The notes beneath the pieces were generated by a model, which saw only the letters and a list, made by a program, of their open reading frames with translations, ran no database searches and had not been told where the DNA came from. Below, piece after piece: positions 1-9,138 of a DNA stretch of 32,867 bases. Source of the DNA: Myxococcota bacterium (lineage in GTDB: Bacteria; Myxococcota_A; UBA796; CAJQPC01). How positions within the stretch are numbered: position 1 is the first letter of the stretch; every line of letters begins with the position of its first letter. The stretch spans positions 1 through 32,867 of the forward strand of contig JAZAMN010000026.1 in the NCBI GenBank assembly GCA_036229005.1, written 5' to 3'. The translations under genes and the position numbers were made by a program.

Positions 1-82
1 CGCTCCATGGTTCTCAGAGGCTGAGGGCGGGCGGGGAAGGCGTTGAGGTGGTTCGCCGAGAACGTGTTGGGCTTCGCAGGCT

Positions 83-562
83 GGCGCGCCCGCTCCTGGC
101 GGGTAGCTCGCGCGCCTGCCGCGAAGCCGCGAGGCTCATGCCTGAGCCGAGCCGGGGCTCCCTCGGGGAGCTCCGCTTAGGGGGGGTGGGGGCCGTGCCC
201 CCCCAGGGAAACGGGAGTTCGCCTGCGAACTCCCGCTCCGGCGCGCCCGCTCCTGGCGGGCAGTCTGCGCGCCGGTCGCGAAGCCGCGAGGCCCATGCCT
301 GAGCCGAGCCGGGGCTCCCTCGGGGAGCCCCCCACAAGGAAACACTGCGTTGCTGCGCAGCTCGACGCCCAAACCCAAGCCCCAACCTCGGATTCGTAGG
401 CCGGCGCGCCCGCTCCTGGCGGGCAATCTGCGCGCCGGCCACGAATCCCGCGAGGGCCATGCCTGGCCCGAAGCCGGGGCTCCCCCGGGGAGGCCCGCCC
501 AGGGGGGCGTGGGGGGCCTGCGCCCCCCACAAGGAAACACTGAGTTGCTCCGCAACTCAGTG
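83..562. repeat. Three tandem copies (~160-bp period) of a palindrome-rich REP/BIME-like extragenic repeat
   Basis: GGCGCGCCCGCTCCTGGCGGG starts at 83, 240 and 403, each followed by a similar series of short hairpins (...CATGCCTG..., GCCGGGGCTCCC..., CCCCCCA..GGAAAC). Copy 2 lacks the G-rich segment. Confidence 0.9.
538..562 (-). terminator. Perfect 11-bp hairpin overlapping the purH stop codon (possible terminator/3' stabiliser)
   Basis: CACTGAGTTGC-TCC-GCAACTCAGTG; followed by TTTCCTT on the minus strand. Confidence 0.5.
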
Positions 563-2095
563 CCTGAAGTGCCGATGCCCCGTCATGACCATGGCGACGC
601 CGGCGGCCTCGGCGGCGGCGACGACCTCCTCGTCCCGGATGGAGCCGCCGGGCTGGATGATGGCGGTCACGCCAGCCTCGACGGCGGCCTCGATGCCGTC
701 CGCGAAGGGGAAGAAGGCGTCACTGGCCAGCACGCTGCCGGGCACGGCGCGGGTGGCCTTGCGGATGGCCAGGTGCACGCTGTCCACGCGGCTCATCTGG
801 CCGGCGCCGGTGCCGTTGAGCACCAGGTCCTCGGCCTCGGTGCGGGCGAGCACGATGGCGTTGGACTTGACGTTCCGAGCGACCTTCCAGGCGAACTCCA
901 GGGCCCGGGCCTCCTCCTCGCTGGGCTGCTTGGTGGTGGCCACGTGCCAGTTCATGTCCGCCCCCACGTCCCAGTCCTGGGCCAGCCAGCCACCCTGGAC
1001 CCGCCGGAACTCCTGACCGGAGGGCGCGCTGGCAGCCCAGTCCTCGGGCAGCTTCATCACGCGCAGCTTGGTGCGCTTGGCCAAGAGCTCAAGGCCCTCC
1101 TCGTCAAAGCCCGGCGCAGCCAGGATCTCGAAGAAGGTGCGGCTCTGCCGGATGGCCTTGACGTCGTCCACGCTCAGAGGGCGGTTGAAGGCCAGGATGC
1201 CGCCAAAGGCCGAGACGGGGTCGCCGGAGAGCGCCAGCTCGAAGGCCTTGGCGGGGCCGGCCTCGGACACGCCGGCGCCACAGGGGTTCATGTGCTTGAC
1301 CACCACGCAGGCGGGCTTGTCGAACTCGAAGCAGGCCCGCAGGGTGGCGTCCAGGTCGGCCAGGTTGTTGAAGCTCAGGTGCTTGCCCTGGAGCTGCTCG
1401 ATGCGGCCCATCGCCCGGCCGGTGGCCAGGGGGTCGGCGTAGAACACGGCGGACTGGTGGGGGTTCTCGCCGTAGCGCAGGCTCTGCACCTTGCGCATGG
1501 GCAGGGCCTGCTCCTGGGCCACGGGTGCCGTGGTCTGCTCAGCCAGCCAGCTTGAGATCAGTCCGTCGTAGGTGGCCGTGTGCCGGAAGGCCTTCACCGC
1601 CAGGTGCTGACGCGCCTGGGCGTCCAGCTTGTCCACGCCCTCGATGAGCTGGGGGTAGTCGGAGGGGTCGGTCACCACGACCACGTGCGCGTGGTTCTTG
1701 GCCGAGGCCCGCACCATGCAGGGGCCGCCGATGTCGATCTGCTCGACCGCCTGGGGCAAGTCGGCCCCACCCTTCACGGTCTGCTCGAAGGGGTAGAGGT
1801 TGCAGACCACCACGTCGATGTACTGGATGTCGTTGTCGGCGGCCTCCGCATCGTCCTGACCGCGCCGGGCCAGGATGCCGCCGTGGATCTTGGGGTGCAG
1901 GGTCTTGACCCGACCGCCAAAGACCTCGGGGGCGCCGGTGTGGTCGCTCACCTTGGTGACGGCGACGCCACCCTCCTTGAGCGCGCGGGCGGTCCCGCCA
2001 GTGGAGAGGATCTCAAAGCCCTGGGCAACCAGGGCCTGCCCCAGGGGCACGATGTCGGTCTTGTCGCTGACGGAGAGCAGGGCGAAGCGAGGCAC
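557..2095 (-). CDS. purH: Bifunctional AICAR transformylase/IMP cyclohydrolase
   Basis: ALLSVSDK, STGGT, GRVKTLHPKIHGGIL, IDIGGP, LRYGENPHQ, SFNN, GAGQMSRVDS, SDAFFPF, IIQPGGS, C-terminal RHFRH; GGAG upstream of GTG. Confidence 0.98.
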   Translation of the reverse strand: MPRFALLSVSDKTDIVPLGQALVAQGFEILSTGGTARALKEGGVAVTKVSDHTGAPEVFGGRVKTLHPKIHGGILARRGQDDAEAADNDIQYIDVVVCNLYPFEQTVKGGADLPQAVEQIDIGGPCMVRASAKNHAHVVVVTDPSDYPQLIEGVDKLDAQARQHLAVKAFRHTATYDGLISSWLAEQTTAPVAQEQALPMRKVQSLRYGENPHQSAVFYADPLATGRAMGRIEQLQGKHLSFNNLADLDATLRACFEFDKPACVVVKHMNPCGAGVSEAGPAKAFELALSGDPVSAFGGILAFNRPLSVDDVKAIRQSRTFFEILAAPGFDEEGLELLAKRTKLRVMKLPEDWAASAPSGQEFRRVQGGWLAQDWDVGADMNWHVATTKQPSEEEARALEFAWKVARNVKSNAIVLARTEAEDLVLNGTGAGQMSRVDSVHLAIRKATRAVPGSVLASDAFFPFADGIEAAVEAGVTAIIQPGGSIRDEEVVAAAEAAGVAMVMTGHRHFRH

Positions 2096-2241
2096 GGGAG
2101 ACTCCAGGGATGGAGTGCGTGGCTAACGTCGGCTCCCCGGCCCGCTCAGGGGCGGTTGCCACAAGGTTGCACAGGCAGCGGGCAGGTGTCGGGCCCGTGA
2201 CTCTGCAGCGCTTGACGGGGGAAGAAACAGCCAGCGCCAGC

Positions 2242-3501
2242 TCACTCCGCCGGCTCCATGCTCAAGAGTCCCTTGTCCACGCCCTCCGTCCCAACGACAA
2301 CCAGCCACCCTCGCTGGACCTCGCCGCGCTTGGCCCTCAGGTGGTACTCGCCGGGGGGCACGTTGGGGAAGCGGTAGCTGTCGCCCTCATGCAGCGAGGG
2401 GAGGCCGAACATGTCGCTGACCGTCTTCTCCTCGCCGTCGGGTAGCTGGCGGAGCAGGTAGGCCCACTCCACTGGGCCGTCAAAGCGCACGGAGACGCTG
2501 CCGGTGAACTGCGCAGCATCCAACACCACCTGCTCCCCCTCGGGCAGCGCCACATCCTGCGAGAGCCAGCGCACCGTCATGTCCCGCGAGAACAAGCCGT
2601 GACAGCTCTGGAGGTCGCTCCTCAGCCAGGCGTTGCAGACCGCTGAGGCGTTGGGGCTGTCCAGGGAACCTGGGAGGGCCTCACCGGTGGGCAGGACCCA
2701 GGTCTCCGGACTGTTTGGCTCCAGCGTCAGGGACCCGGAGCGCTTCCATCCGGGGACCATCCCAAGGCCAGAACCCTCCGTATGAACCATGATGAATGGA
2801 AAGTGCCCTGCCCCCACACCCAGCCGCCCCTCAGCATCGGTCACCACGTACTGCCCGCGGCTCTGGCCCGCCATGACCAGCACCAGCTCCCTGGGGAGCG
2901 GGTCGCCGGCCGCATCCAGGATCTGCAGCTCCAGCTTGGGTGCGGCCTCCCAGGTCCAGGTCACCTCGCGCATGCCCTCTGGTCCCGTGACCCGTGGCTC
3001 GCTCGCCTGCCAGCCCAGAGCGGTGGGCCGCATGAACTCACTACAAGGCATCAGCACCCGGTCCCCCCGCCGGATGTCCCGCGTGGCCGGAGTCCGCCTC
3101 CAGGGCGTCACCGGGAGCTGGGCGACCTCCGGGCCCTGGTCCCGTCCGAGCTCGGTCCAGCAGAGGCCCTTGTAGGCCTGGAAGTGGATGTGCCCCATCC
3201 CGTCGCCGCCCTGGTTTGGACAGGCCACCCCCCAGACCGGATCCCCGACCGACCAGGCGCCGTCGTGGCCAGGGGCAAGCACGCCGTCCTCGCCTGCATC
3301 CACGCTGAACAGGGGCTCGCAGGCGGCATTCAGCGCCGTGAAGCGCTGGGTCTCCAGGTCTGGGTGCCAGGTGGCCGTGACGCTCTCGACATCCAGCTCC
3401 TGGGGGCAGTCGCACGGCCCCTGCGGAACGATGTCCTCGGTGGCGGTCCAGAGCTCAGGACCCTTGGGCTCACAGGCCAGCAGCAGCAAAAGGTGCACCA
3501 C
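2242..3501 (-). CDS. Hypothetical lipoprotein, probable beta-sandwich (carboxypeptidase-regulatory-like) domains
   Basis: 419-aa ORF, N-terminus MVHLLLLLAC; ILDAAGDPLP...VTDAEGR and YRFPNVPPGEYHL resemble CarboxypepD_reg-like repeats; GGGGAG SD. Confidence 0.7.
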   Translation of the reverse strand: MVHLLLLLACEPKGPELWTATEDIVPQGPCDCPQELDVESVTATWHPDLETQRFTALNAACEPLFSVDAGEDGVLAPGHDGAWSVGDPVWGVACPNQGGDGMGHIHFQAYKGLCWTELGRDQGPEVAQLPVTPWRRTPATRDIRRGDRVLMPCSEFMRPTALGWQASEPRVTGPEGMREVTWTWEAAPKLELQILDAAGDPLPRELVLVMAGQSRGQYVVTDAEGRLGVGAGHFPFIMVHTEGSGLGMVPGWKRSGSLTLEPNSPETWVLPTGEALPGSLDSPNASAVCNAWLRSDLQSCHGLFSRDMTVRWLSQDVALPEGEQVVLDAAQFTGSVSVRFDGPVEWAYLLRQLPDGEEKTVSDMFGLPSLHEGDSYRFPNVPPGEYHLRAKRGEVQRGWLVVVGTEGVDKGLLSMEPAE

Positions 3502-3634
3502 GATCTCCCCCTCACCAGGCTCTTACTCCTCTCCCGCCGACTCTGCATCCACTCCGTACCTCCGAGGCGCGGTTGAGAACGCTGATGGTCGACCAACCGA
3601 GCACAAGCCCGTGCTGAGTGAAACTGGCTGCCCC

Positions 3635-3708
3635 TGACGACCATGGAGGGTGTCGGCCCGATGGGCTGCTTTTGACGACCATGGAGGGTGTCGGCCCGAT
3701 GGGCTGCT
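3635..3708. repeat. 36-bp perfect direct tandem repeat (2 copies, 38-bp period)
   Basis: TGACGACCATGGAGGGTGTCGGCCCGATGGGCTGCT at 3635-3670 and 3673-3708. Confidence 0.95.
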
Positions 3709-3975
3709 CTTTGCGCTGTTTGGGCAAGCCGCAGGCTTGGGGCTGCTGGCAGCCCTTCACCCAAACAGCGCGAAGTGCAGGTCGCTCTGCGACCCGACGC
3801 CGAGGGGGGCTTGCGCAAACCTGACCGGACCGCGGGATTCATCCCGCGAGAGTCCGAGTCTGGTTTCGCAATTGGGGGACCGGCGAGGGTCCCCCGGGGG
3901 GCAGGCAGCTGTGCTGCCGAGGGGGCTTGCCCCCCTCAGAAAAGACAGACGGCGTTCGGACCCAGGACGCCGCTT
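3709..3975. other. Multi-hairpin intergenic element (structured repeat/MITE-like or ncRNA candidate)
   Basis: 16-bp stem 3709-3724/3760-3775 enclosing two hairpins; further hairpins at 3781-3793, 3831-3848, 3874-3895, 3904-3918 and 3919-3937. Confidence 0.6.
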
Positions 3976-4059
3976 TCTACGGCGAATCACCACAATCGCG
4001 GTCTCCTCTCAACCTCGCCGGCTGGCCCTCCACCACCCACCCCTCCAACACCTCCGCCC

Positions 4060-4332
4060 TCATCGCCCCCCCAAGGCCGCCTCAGCCGCGTCCACCGCCT
4101 CCCGGGCCGCCGCCGCCTCCGACTTCGCCGCCTCCAGGTGCCCGCGCAGCGCCTCCAGCTCCTGGGCCGTGAGCGACTCCTTCAAGAGCAGAGCCTCCAT
4201 GGCCTCCATCTCTTCGGTGACCGCCCGCGCGTGCTCGCCCGCCTGCACCTGGGCCTGCAGCGCCTGCGCATTGGCGCTCTCGGGGCGCGAAGGGCCGCCC
4301 TCCTGAATACATGCAAGCCACAGCCACCACAC
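4060..4332 (-). CDS. Small coiled-coil lipoprotein-like protein
   Basis: MWWLWLAC followed by an Ala/Glu-rich heptad helix; GGAGAGG upstream; GC-rich third positions. Confidence 0.6.
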   Translation of the reverse strand: MWWLWLACIQEGGPSRPESANAQALQAQVQAGEHARAVTEEMEAMEALLLKESLTAQELEALRGHLEAAKSEAAAAREAVDAAEAALGGR

Positions 4333-4358
4333 AGCCCACCTCTCCGGGAGAGTCTGCC

Positions 4359-4958
4359 ATGTTGCTGCCCGCCGACCAGCTTTCCAAGCGCCAGAACTAC
4401 TTCCTGATGACCTCGCTGGTGGTGCCGCGTCCCATCGCGTGGATCGGCACCGCGGGCCTGGGCGGTGGGGACGAAGGGGAGGACACCCACGACAACCTCG
4501 CCCCCTTCTCCTACTTCATGGGCGTCTCCTCGGACCCGCCCATCGTCGCCGTCTCCATCGCCCGCGCCCGGGGCGGCGCCCTCAAGGACACCCTGCGCAA
4601 CCTGCTCGCGACCCAGCGCTGCACGCTGTCGGTGGTCTCCCAAAAGCACCTGCTGCCCATGCACGCCACCGGCGGCAGCTTCCCGCCCGAGGTCGACGAG
4701 TTCACCGAGGCCGGCCTGGACAAGGAGCGCTGGGAGGGCCTGCCCGTGGTCGCCGACGCCCCCGCCGCGATGCTCTGCCAGCTCCACCGCGCCGAGGACC
4801 TGGGCAGCACCCACCTGGTGCTCCTGCGCGTGCTCGCCTACCGCGTGGACCCCGCTGGCTTCGACGCCGAGAACACCCGCATGCGGCCCGACTTCCTCAA
4901 GCCGGTCGGGAGGTTGGGCGGCTCCTATGCCCTCCTGGGACAGGAGATCACCCCTTGA
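4359..4958 (+). CDS. Flavin reductase family protein (DIM6/NTAB-like)
   Basis: VVPRPIAWI, NLAPFSYF, KDTLRN, PVGRLGG motifs; ATG 4359 preceded by GGGAG. Confidence 0.9.
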   Translation: MLLPADQLSKRQNYFLMTSLVVPRPIAWIGTAGLGGGDEGEDTHDNLAPFSYFMGVSSDPPIVAVSIARARGGALKDTLRNLLATQRCTLSVVSQKHLLPMHATGGSFPPEVDEFTEAGLDKERWEGLPVVADAPAAMLCQLHRAEDLGSTHLVLLRVLAYRVDPAGFDAENTRMRPDFLKPVGRLGGSYALLGQEITP

Positions 4959-5650
4959 GCCTGCTGCTCGTCCTCCAGCTCGCCTGCACCCCGTCCCCCG
5001 GCGAGGCACTGCGACTCGCGCTCGACCCGGCTGCGCCCCTGGACGAGGCCCTGTCCGCCTGTCAGCACATCCCGGCCCCCGACGCCCAGGGGGACTGCCT
5101 GAGCGCCGCCCTCGAGACCCGGGGCGACTACGAGCGGGCCGACTGCGAGCAGATCCAGGCGCGGCGCTGGCGCGATGAGTGCGTGTTCCTGCTGGCCGAG
5201 CGACAGCGGACCGAGGGGGCCCTGGCCGCCGCCGTCGACACCTGCCACGAGACCGCGTTCGCCCGGGAGTGCGTGTTCCACCTGATCCGCGACGAGGCCC
5301 GGCTGGTGGCCGATCAAACACCCGCCGCCGCCCAGGAGCGGGTCGCCCCATTCATCGGCGCGCCCCGGGCCCCCGACGCCGCCGCCGTGTTCTGGAAGGA
5401 GTGGGCCACGGCGCGCATCAAGACGCACGATCTGCCCGTCGCCCCCGAGACCTGCACCCAGGTCGACGACACCGTGGGCTGCCAGGATGGCCTCAAGCGG
5501 GCGGGCTCGGAGCTGCTGCGCGGCATCCCCAGCAAGCAGCGCTGTGAGCGGGTGGAGGCGGGGGAGCCGGTCCTCCAGCTCGCCTCGGGGGAGCCCTCGC
5601 TGGTGCCGGCGAGCGAACAGCTCCGGGCGGCCACCGCACACTGCGACTGA
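4955..5650 (+). CDS. Hypothetical Cys-rich lipoprotein
   Basis: TTG start overlaps the upstream TGA (TTGA); MSLLLVLQLAC; repeated paired-Cys helical units. Confidence 0.7.
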   Translation: MSLLLVLQLACTPSPGEALRLALDPAAPLDEALSACQHIPAPDAQGDCLSAALETRGDYERADCEQIQARRWRDECVFLLAERQRTEGALAAAVDTCHETAFARECVFHLIRDEARLVADQTPAAAQERVAPFIGAPRAPDAAAVFWKEWATARIKTHDLPVAPETCTQVDDTVGCQDGLKRAGSELLRGIPSKQRCERVEAGEPVLQLASGEPSLVPASEQLRAATAHCD

Positions 5651-5682
5651 GGTGTTATGAGCGGCCCCCTTTGGAGGCCCAC

Positions 5683-7383
5683 ATGGCGACCGTGGTCGAG
5701 ACCCTCACCAACATGCTGCAGCAGGCGGCCGACAGCCTGGGGATCCAGGCCCAGATCCCCGCGGTGAGCCCCACCAAGAGCGCGGACATGGGCGACTACC
5801 AGTCCAACTGCGCCTTCCGCCTGGGCAAGGCCCTGAAGACCTCGCCGGCGGGCGCTGCGCAGATGTTGGCGGACGCCCTCCAGGTCGGGGAGGTGATCCA
5901 CAAGGTCGAGGTGGCCGGCCCCGGCTTCATCAACCTCTTCCTGACGGAGGCCTACCTGGGCCAGGCCCTGGCCGAGCAGTGCGCCAGCCCGACCCTGAAC
6001 GTGCCCCAGACCCAGGGCACCGTGGTCATCGACTACTCCAGCCCCAACGTGGCCAAGCGCATGCACGTGGGGCACCTGCGCTCCACGGTCATCGGCGCCG
6101 CGCTGCACAAGCTCTACCAGGCCTGCGGCTGGACGGTCATCGCGGACAACCACATCGGCGACTGGGGCACCCAGTTCGGCAAGCTGATCGTGGCCTGGGA
6201 CAACTGGGTGGACGAGGCCGCCTTCGCGGAGGACCCCATCGGCGAGCTGCAGCGCATCTACGTGAAGTTCTCCCAGGAGGCCACCGACGAGATGCAGGAC
6301 CAGGCCCGCGAGGAGACCGCCAAGCTCCAGGCCGGCGATGAGCGGAACCGGGCGCTGTGGCAGCGCTTCATCGACGCCAGCATGGTGGAGTTCAACACCA
6401 TCTACGACCGCCTGGGCATCCGCTTCGACGTGACCTACGGCGAGTCGCACTACAACGACATGCTGCAGCCCATGGTCGACCAGCTCCTGGCCGACGGCAC
6501 CGCCGAGACCTCCGAGGGCGCGGTCATCATCCCCTTCACCAAGGCCGACGGGAAGGGTCTGGACAAGCAGCCCTTCCTCATCCGCAAGAAGGACGGCGCG
6601 GCGCTCTACGGCACGACCGACATGGCCACCGTGCGCTACCGGTTGGACACCTGGGCCCCCGAGCGCATGGTCTACGTGACCGACACCCGCCAGCAGCTCC
6701 ACTTCAAGCAGCTCTTCGCCGCCTGCAAGAAGGTGGGCTGGACCGACTCCAAGCTCATCCACGTGTGGTTCGGCCTGCTCTCCCTTCCCGAGGGCAACAT
6801 GTCGTCCCGGAAGGGCAACGTCATCCACCTCAAGACCCTGCTGGACACGGCGGTGGAGAAGGCGCGGGCCATCGTCGACAGCGCCTCCGCCGAGCTCCCC
6901 GAGGACCAGCGCGCCGCCATCGCCGAGGCCGTCGGTGTGGCCGCCGTGCGCTACGCCGACCTCTCCCAGAACCCCCAGGCCAACGTCGTCTTCGACTGGG
7001 ACAAGATGATGGCGATGGAGGGCAACACCGCGCCCTTCTTGATGTACGCCCACGCCCGGCTGCGCTCCATCCAGCGCAAGCTGGAGCTGGACACCACCGT
7101 CAAGGCCGCCGCTCCCACCAACGACGGCGAGCGCGCCCTGGCCGCCCTGCTGCTGCGCTACCCCGAGACGGTCCCCGCCGCCCTGGAGCAGAACCGGCCC
7201 ACCATCCTCTGCGACTACCTCTTCTCCGTCGCCCGGGCCGTGAACCGCTTCTACGCGGGCTCGCGGGTCAAGGGCGCCGAGGGTGCCGAGCTGCAGGCCC
7301 GGGTCGCTCTGGTCGCCGCCGCCGCGCAGACCCTGGAGGAGGGCTTGGCTATCCTCGGGGTGCCGGCCCTCCACCGCATGTAG
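5683..7383 (+). CDS. argS: Arginine--tRNA ligase
   Basis: GDYQSN, AGPGFIN, IDYSSPNVAKRMHVGHLRSTVIG (HIGH), NHIGDWGTQFG, MSSRKG, EGNTAPFLMYAHAR; GGAGG SD before ATG 5683. Confidence 0.98.
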   Translation: MATVVETLTNMLQQAADSLGIQAQIPAVSPTKSADMGDYQSNCAFRLGKALKTSPAGAAQMLADALQVGEVIHKVEVAGPGFINLFLTEAYLGQALAEQCASPTLNVPQTQGTVVIDYSSPNVAKRMHVGHLRSTVIGAALHKLYQACGWTVIADNHIGDWGTQFGKLIVAWDNWVDEAAFAEDPIGELQRIYVKFSQEATDEMQDQAREETAKLQAGDERNRALWQRFIDASMVEFNTIYDRLGIRFDVTYGESHYNDMLQPMVDQLLADGTAETSEGAVIIPFTKADGKGLDKQPFLIRKKDGAALYGTTDMATVRYRLDTWAPERMVYVTDTRQQLHFKQLFAACKKVGWTDSKLIHVWFGLLSLPEGNMSSRKGNVIHLKTLLDTAVEKARAIVDSASAELPEDQRAAIAEAVGVAAVRYADLSQNPQANVVFDWDKMMAMEGNTAPFLMYAHARLRSIQRKLELDTTVKAAAPTNDGERALAALLLRYPETVPAALEQNRPTILCDYLFSVARAVNRFYAGSRVKGAEGAELQARVALVAAAAQTLEEGLAILGVPALHRM

Positions 7384-7452
7384 CCTCTGGGCCCTGTCCT
7401 CTTGACAGGACAAGACCCACCGGCGAGGTCATTTCAAGGTAGATTGGAGCCG

Positions 7453-9132
7453 ATGCAGACGCCTGCCCAGCCCCAAGCCCAGATCCCGGAGCGCCTGGGG
7501 CGCTACCGCTTGGTGCGCTGCATCTCCGATGGCGGCATGGCGCGGGTCTACGAGGCCCGCCGCGAGTCCCTGGCCGGGGTGGCCCCCAAGGTCGCCCTCA
7601 AGGTCATCCTGCCCGAGCACGCCGAGGACGCGACCTTCCAGCAGCTCTTCGTGAACGAGGCGCGGATCGGGTCCCAGCTCCAGCACCAGAACCTGGTGCA
7701 GATCCAGGACTTCGACCGCGTGGGGCAGGTCTACTTCCTGGTCATGGAGTTCGTCGAGGGCATCACCCTGCGGCGCATCGCCAGCCTCTGCAGGCGCCAC
7801 GGCGTGCCCATCCCGATGGCGGTGATTGCGGAGCTCGGACGCCAGGTCTGCGAGGGGCTCAACGCCGCCCACATGGCCCGCTCCGAGGACGGCCAGCTCC
7901 TCCACCTGGTGCACCGGGACGTCAAGCCCTCCAACCTCATCCTGAACCCCCAGGGTGTGGTCAAGGTGCTGGACTTCGGCATCTCCAAGGCCGTCCAGGC
8001 CGCCGAACACCGCGGCACCGTCAAGGGCACCTGGGGCTACATGAGCCCGGAGCAGGCGCGGGCCAAGGACGACGTCTGGCACGCCGCCGATCAGTACGGG
8101 CTGGCCTGTGTGCTCTACGAGCTCGCGATGCTTCAGCCCTTGTTCACTGAGCGGGAGCCCAAGGACCTGGTCCGCCTGATGATGGCCGACGAGGGCGCCC
8201 GCCGGGCCGCTCGACTCACCGGTCCCCACGCCGGCCTGGGACGCGTCCTCATGCGCGCCCTGCAGCGGGACCCCCACGCCCGCTACCCAAGCTGCGGCTC
8301 CATGGGAGAGGAGCTCGCCGCCCTGATCTCCGAGCCCCTGCGCGCCCGCGAGCAGCTCCTGCGCTTCCACGCCACCGTCGAGGCTCTGGCCCGCTCCGAG
8401 GCCAACGGTGAGCCCCGCGGCTCGTCCACGCTCTCCCGCACCGGCGCCTCCAAGGGGACCATCGACCCCTACAGCCAGGGCCTGCCCGTGGGGATCGGCA
8501 ACGGCCAGCACCCCCACCAGAGCGTGGAGATCCCGCCCCAGGACCCGCCCCCCGCGCGCAGCGGCTGGAGCACCGGCGCCCTGGCCTGGATGGGCGTCGG
8601 CCTGGTTGTCGTGGCCTTCGTCTGCGTCAAGCTCTTCTGGCCCGAGGGGGTTGTGGAGCCGCCCGTGCCTGCGGGGCCCACCACCGAACAACAAGACCCC
8701 ACAGCCACCTCCCCGGATCCCTCCACCAGCGAGGTCACCCCGACCGAGCCCGACACCCCGGCGGAGCCCACCCCGGAGCCGGTGGTCGAGCCCCCCGTGG
8801 AGCCCGCGGTGGAGCCCGCGGAGCCCAAGCCCGTCGTCGTGAAGGACCCGCCCAAGCGCAAGGTCGTGGTCCCCGCCGAGCCCGCGGAGCCCAAGCCCGT
8901 GGGGGAGCCCGGCCTGCTCACGGTGTCCAGCCTGCCCAAGGCCCGCGTGTCCGTGGACGGCCGGGTGGTCGGGCAGACCCCCTTGTACCAGTACAGCCTG
9001 CCGGCGGGCAGCCACCGGGTCGTCCTCACCGCGGAAGATGGTCGAAGCAAGAGCTTCAACCTGGATCTTGGTGGGGGAGAGGAGGCCCGGAGGATCTGGC
9101 ACTTCGACCGCGAGGAGTGGGTCGAGCGCTGA
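7453..9132 (+). CDS. Membrane Hanks-type Ser/Thr protein kinase with Pro-rich linker and C-terminal PEGA domain
   Basis: GGMARVY, VALK, HRDVKPSN, DFG, GTWGYMSPE; TM helix LAWMGVGLVVVAFVCV; PEGA-like LTVSSLPKARVSVDG..VGQTPL. Confidence 0.93.
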   Translation: MQTPAQPQAQIPERLGRYRLVRCISDGGMARVYEARRESLAGVAPKVALKVILPEHAEDATFQQLFVNEARIGSQLQHQNLVQIQDFDRVGQVYFLVMEFVEGITLRRIASLCRRHGVPIPMAVIAELGRQVCEGLNAAHMARSEDGQLLHLVHRDVKPSNLILNPQGVVKVLDFGISKAVQAAEHRGTVKGTWGYMSPEQARAKDDVWHAADQYGLACVLYELAMLQPLFTEREPKDLVRLMMADEGARRAARLTGPHAGLGRVLMRALQRDPHARYPSCGSMGEELAALISEPLRAREQLLRFHATVEALARSEANGEPRGSSTLSRTGASKGTIDPYSQGLPVGIGNGQHPHQSVEIPPQDPPPARSGWSTGALAWMGVGLVVVAFVCVKLFWPEGVVEPPVPAGPTTEQQDPTATSPDPSTSEVTPTEPDTPAEPTPEPVVEPPVEPAVEPAEPKPVVVKDPPKRKVVVPAEPAEPKPVGEPGLLTVSSLPKARVSVDGRVVGQTPLYQYSLPAGSHRVVLTAEDGRSKSFNLDLGGGEEARRIWHFDREEWVER

Positions 9133-9138
9133 GCCGGC

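Noticed and set aside
14..555. Short ORFs across the repeat region (and across 3512-4050)
   Set aside because: Translations of palindromic repeats with no protein-like composition.
83..562. CRISPR array
   Set aside because: Units are ~160 bp, diverged, have no unique spacers, and no cas genes are present.
2096..2241. ZMP/ZTP (pfl) riboswitch upstream of purH
   Set aside because: The conserved GACTGGCG...CGCCTGGG pseudoknot elements are not found on the minus strand.
3580..3700. Hammerhead ribozyme (CTGATGG, GAAAC, CTGACGA words)
   Set aside because: Order and spacing of the core words do not allow stems I-III to form.
4439..4954. Upstream extension of the Cys-rich lipoprotein ORF
   Set aside because: Out-of-frame overlap with the flavin reductase gene; TTG 4955 gives a coupled start with a lipobox.
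6790..6820. ArgRS KMSKS motif reads NMSSR
   Set aside because: This motif is known to be degenerate in arginyl-tRNA synthetases.
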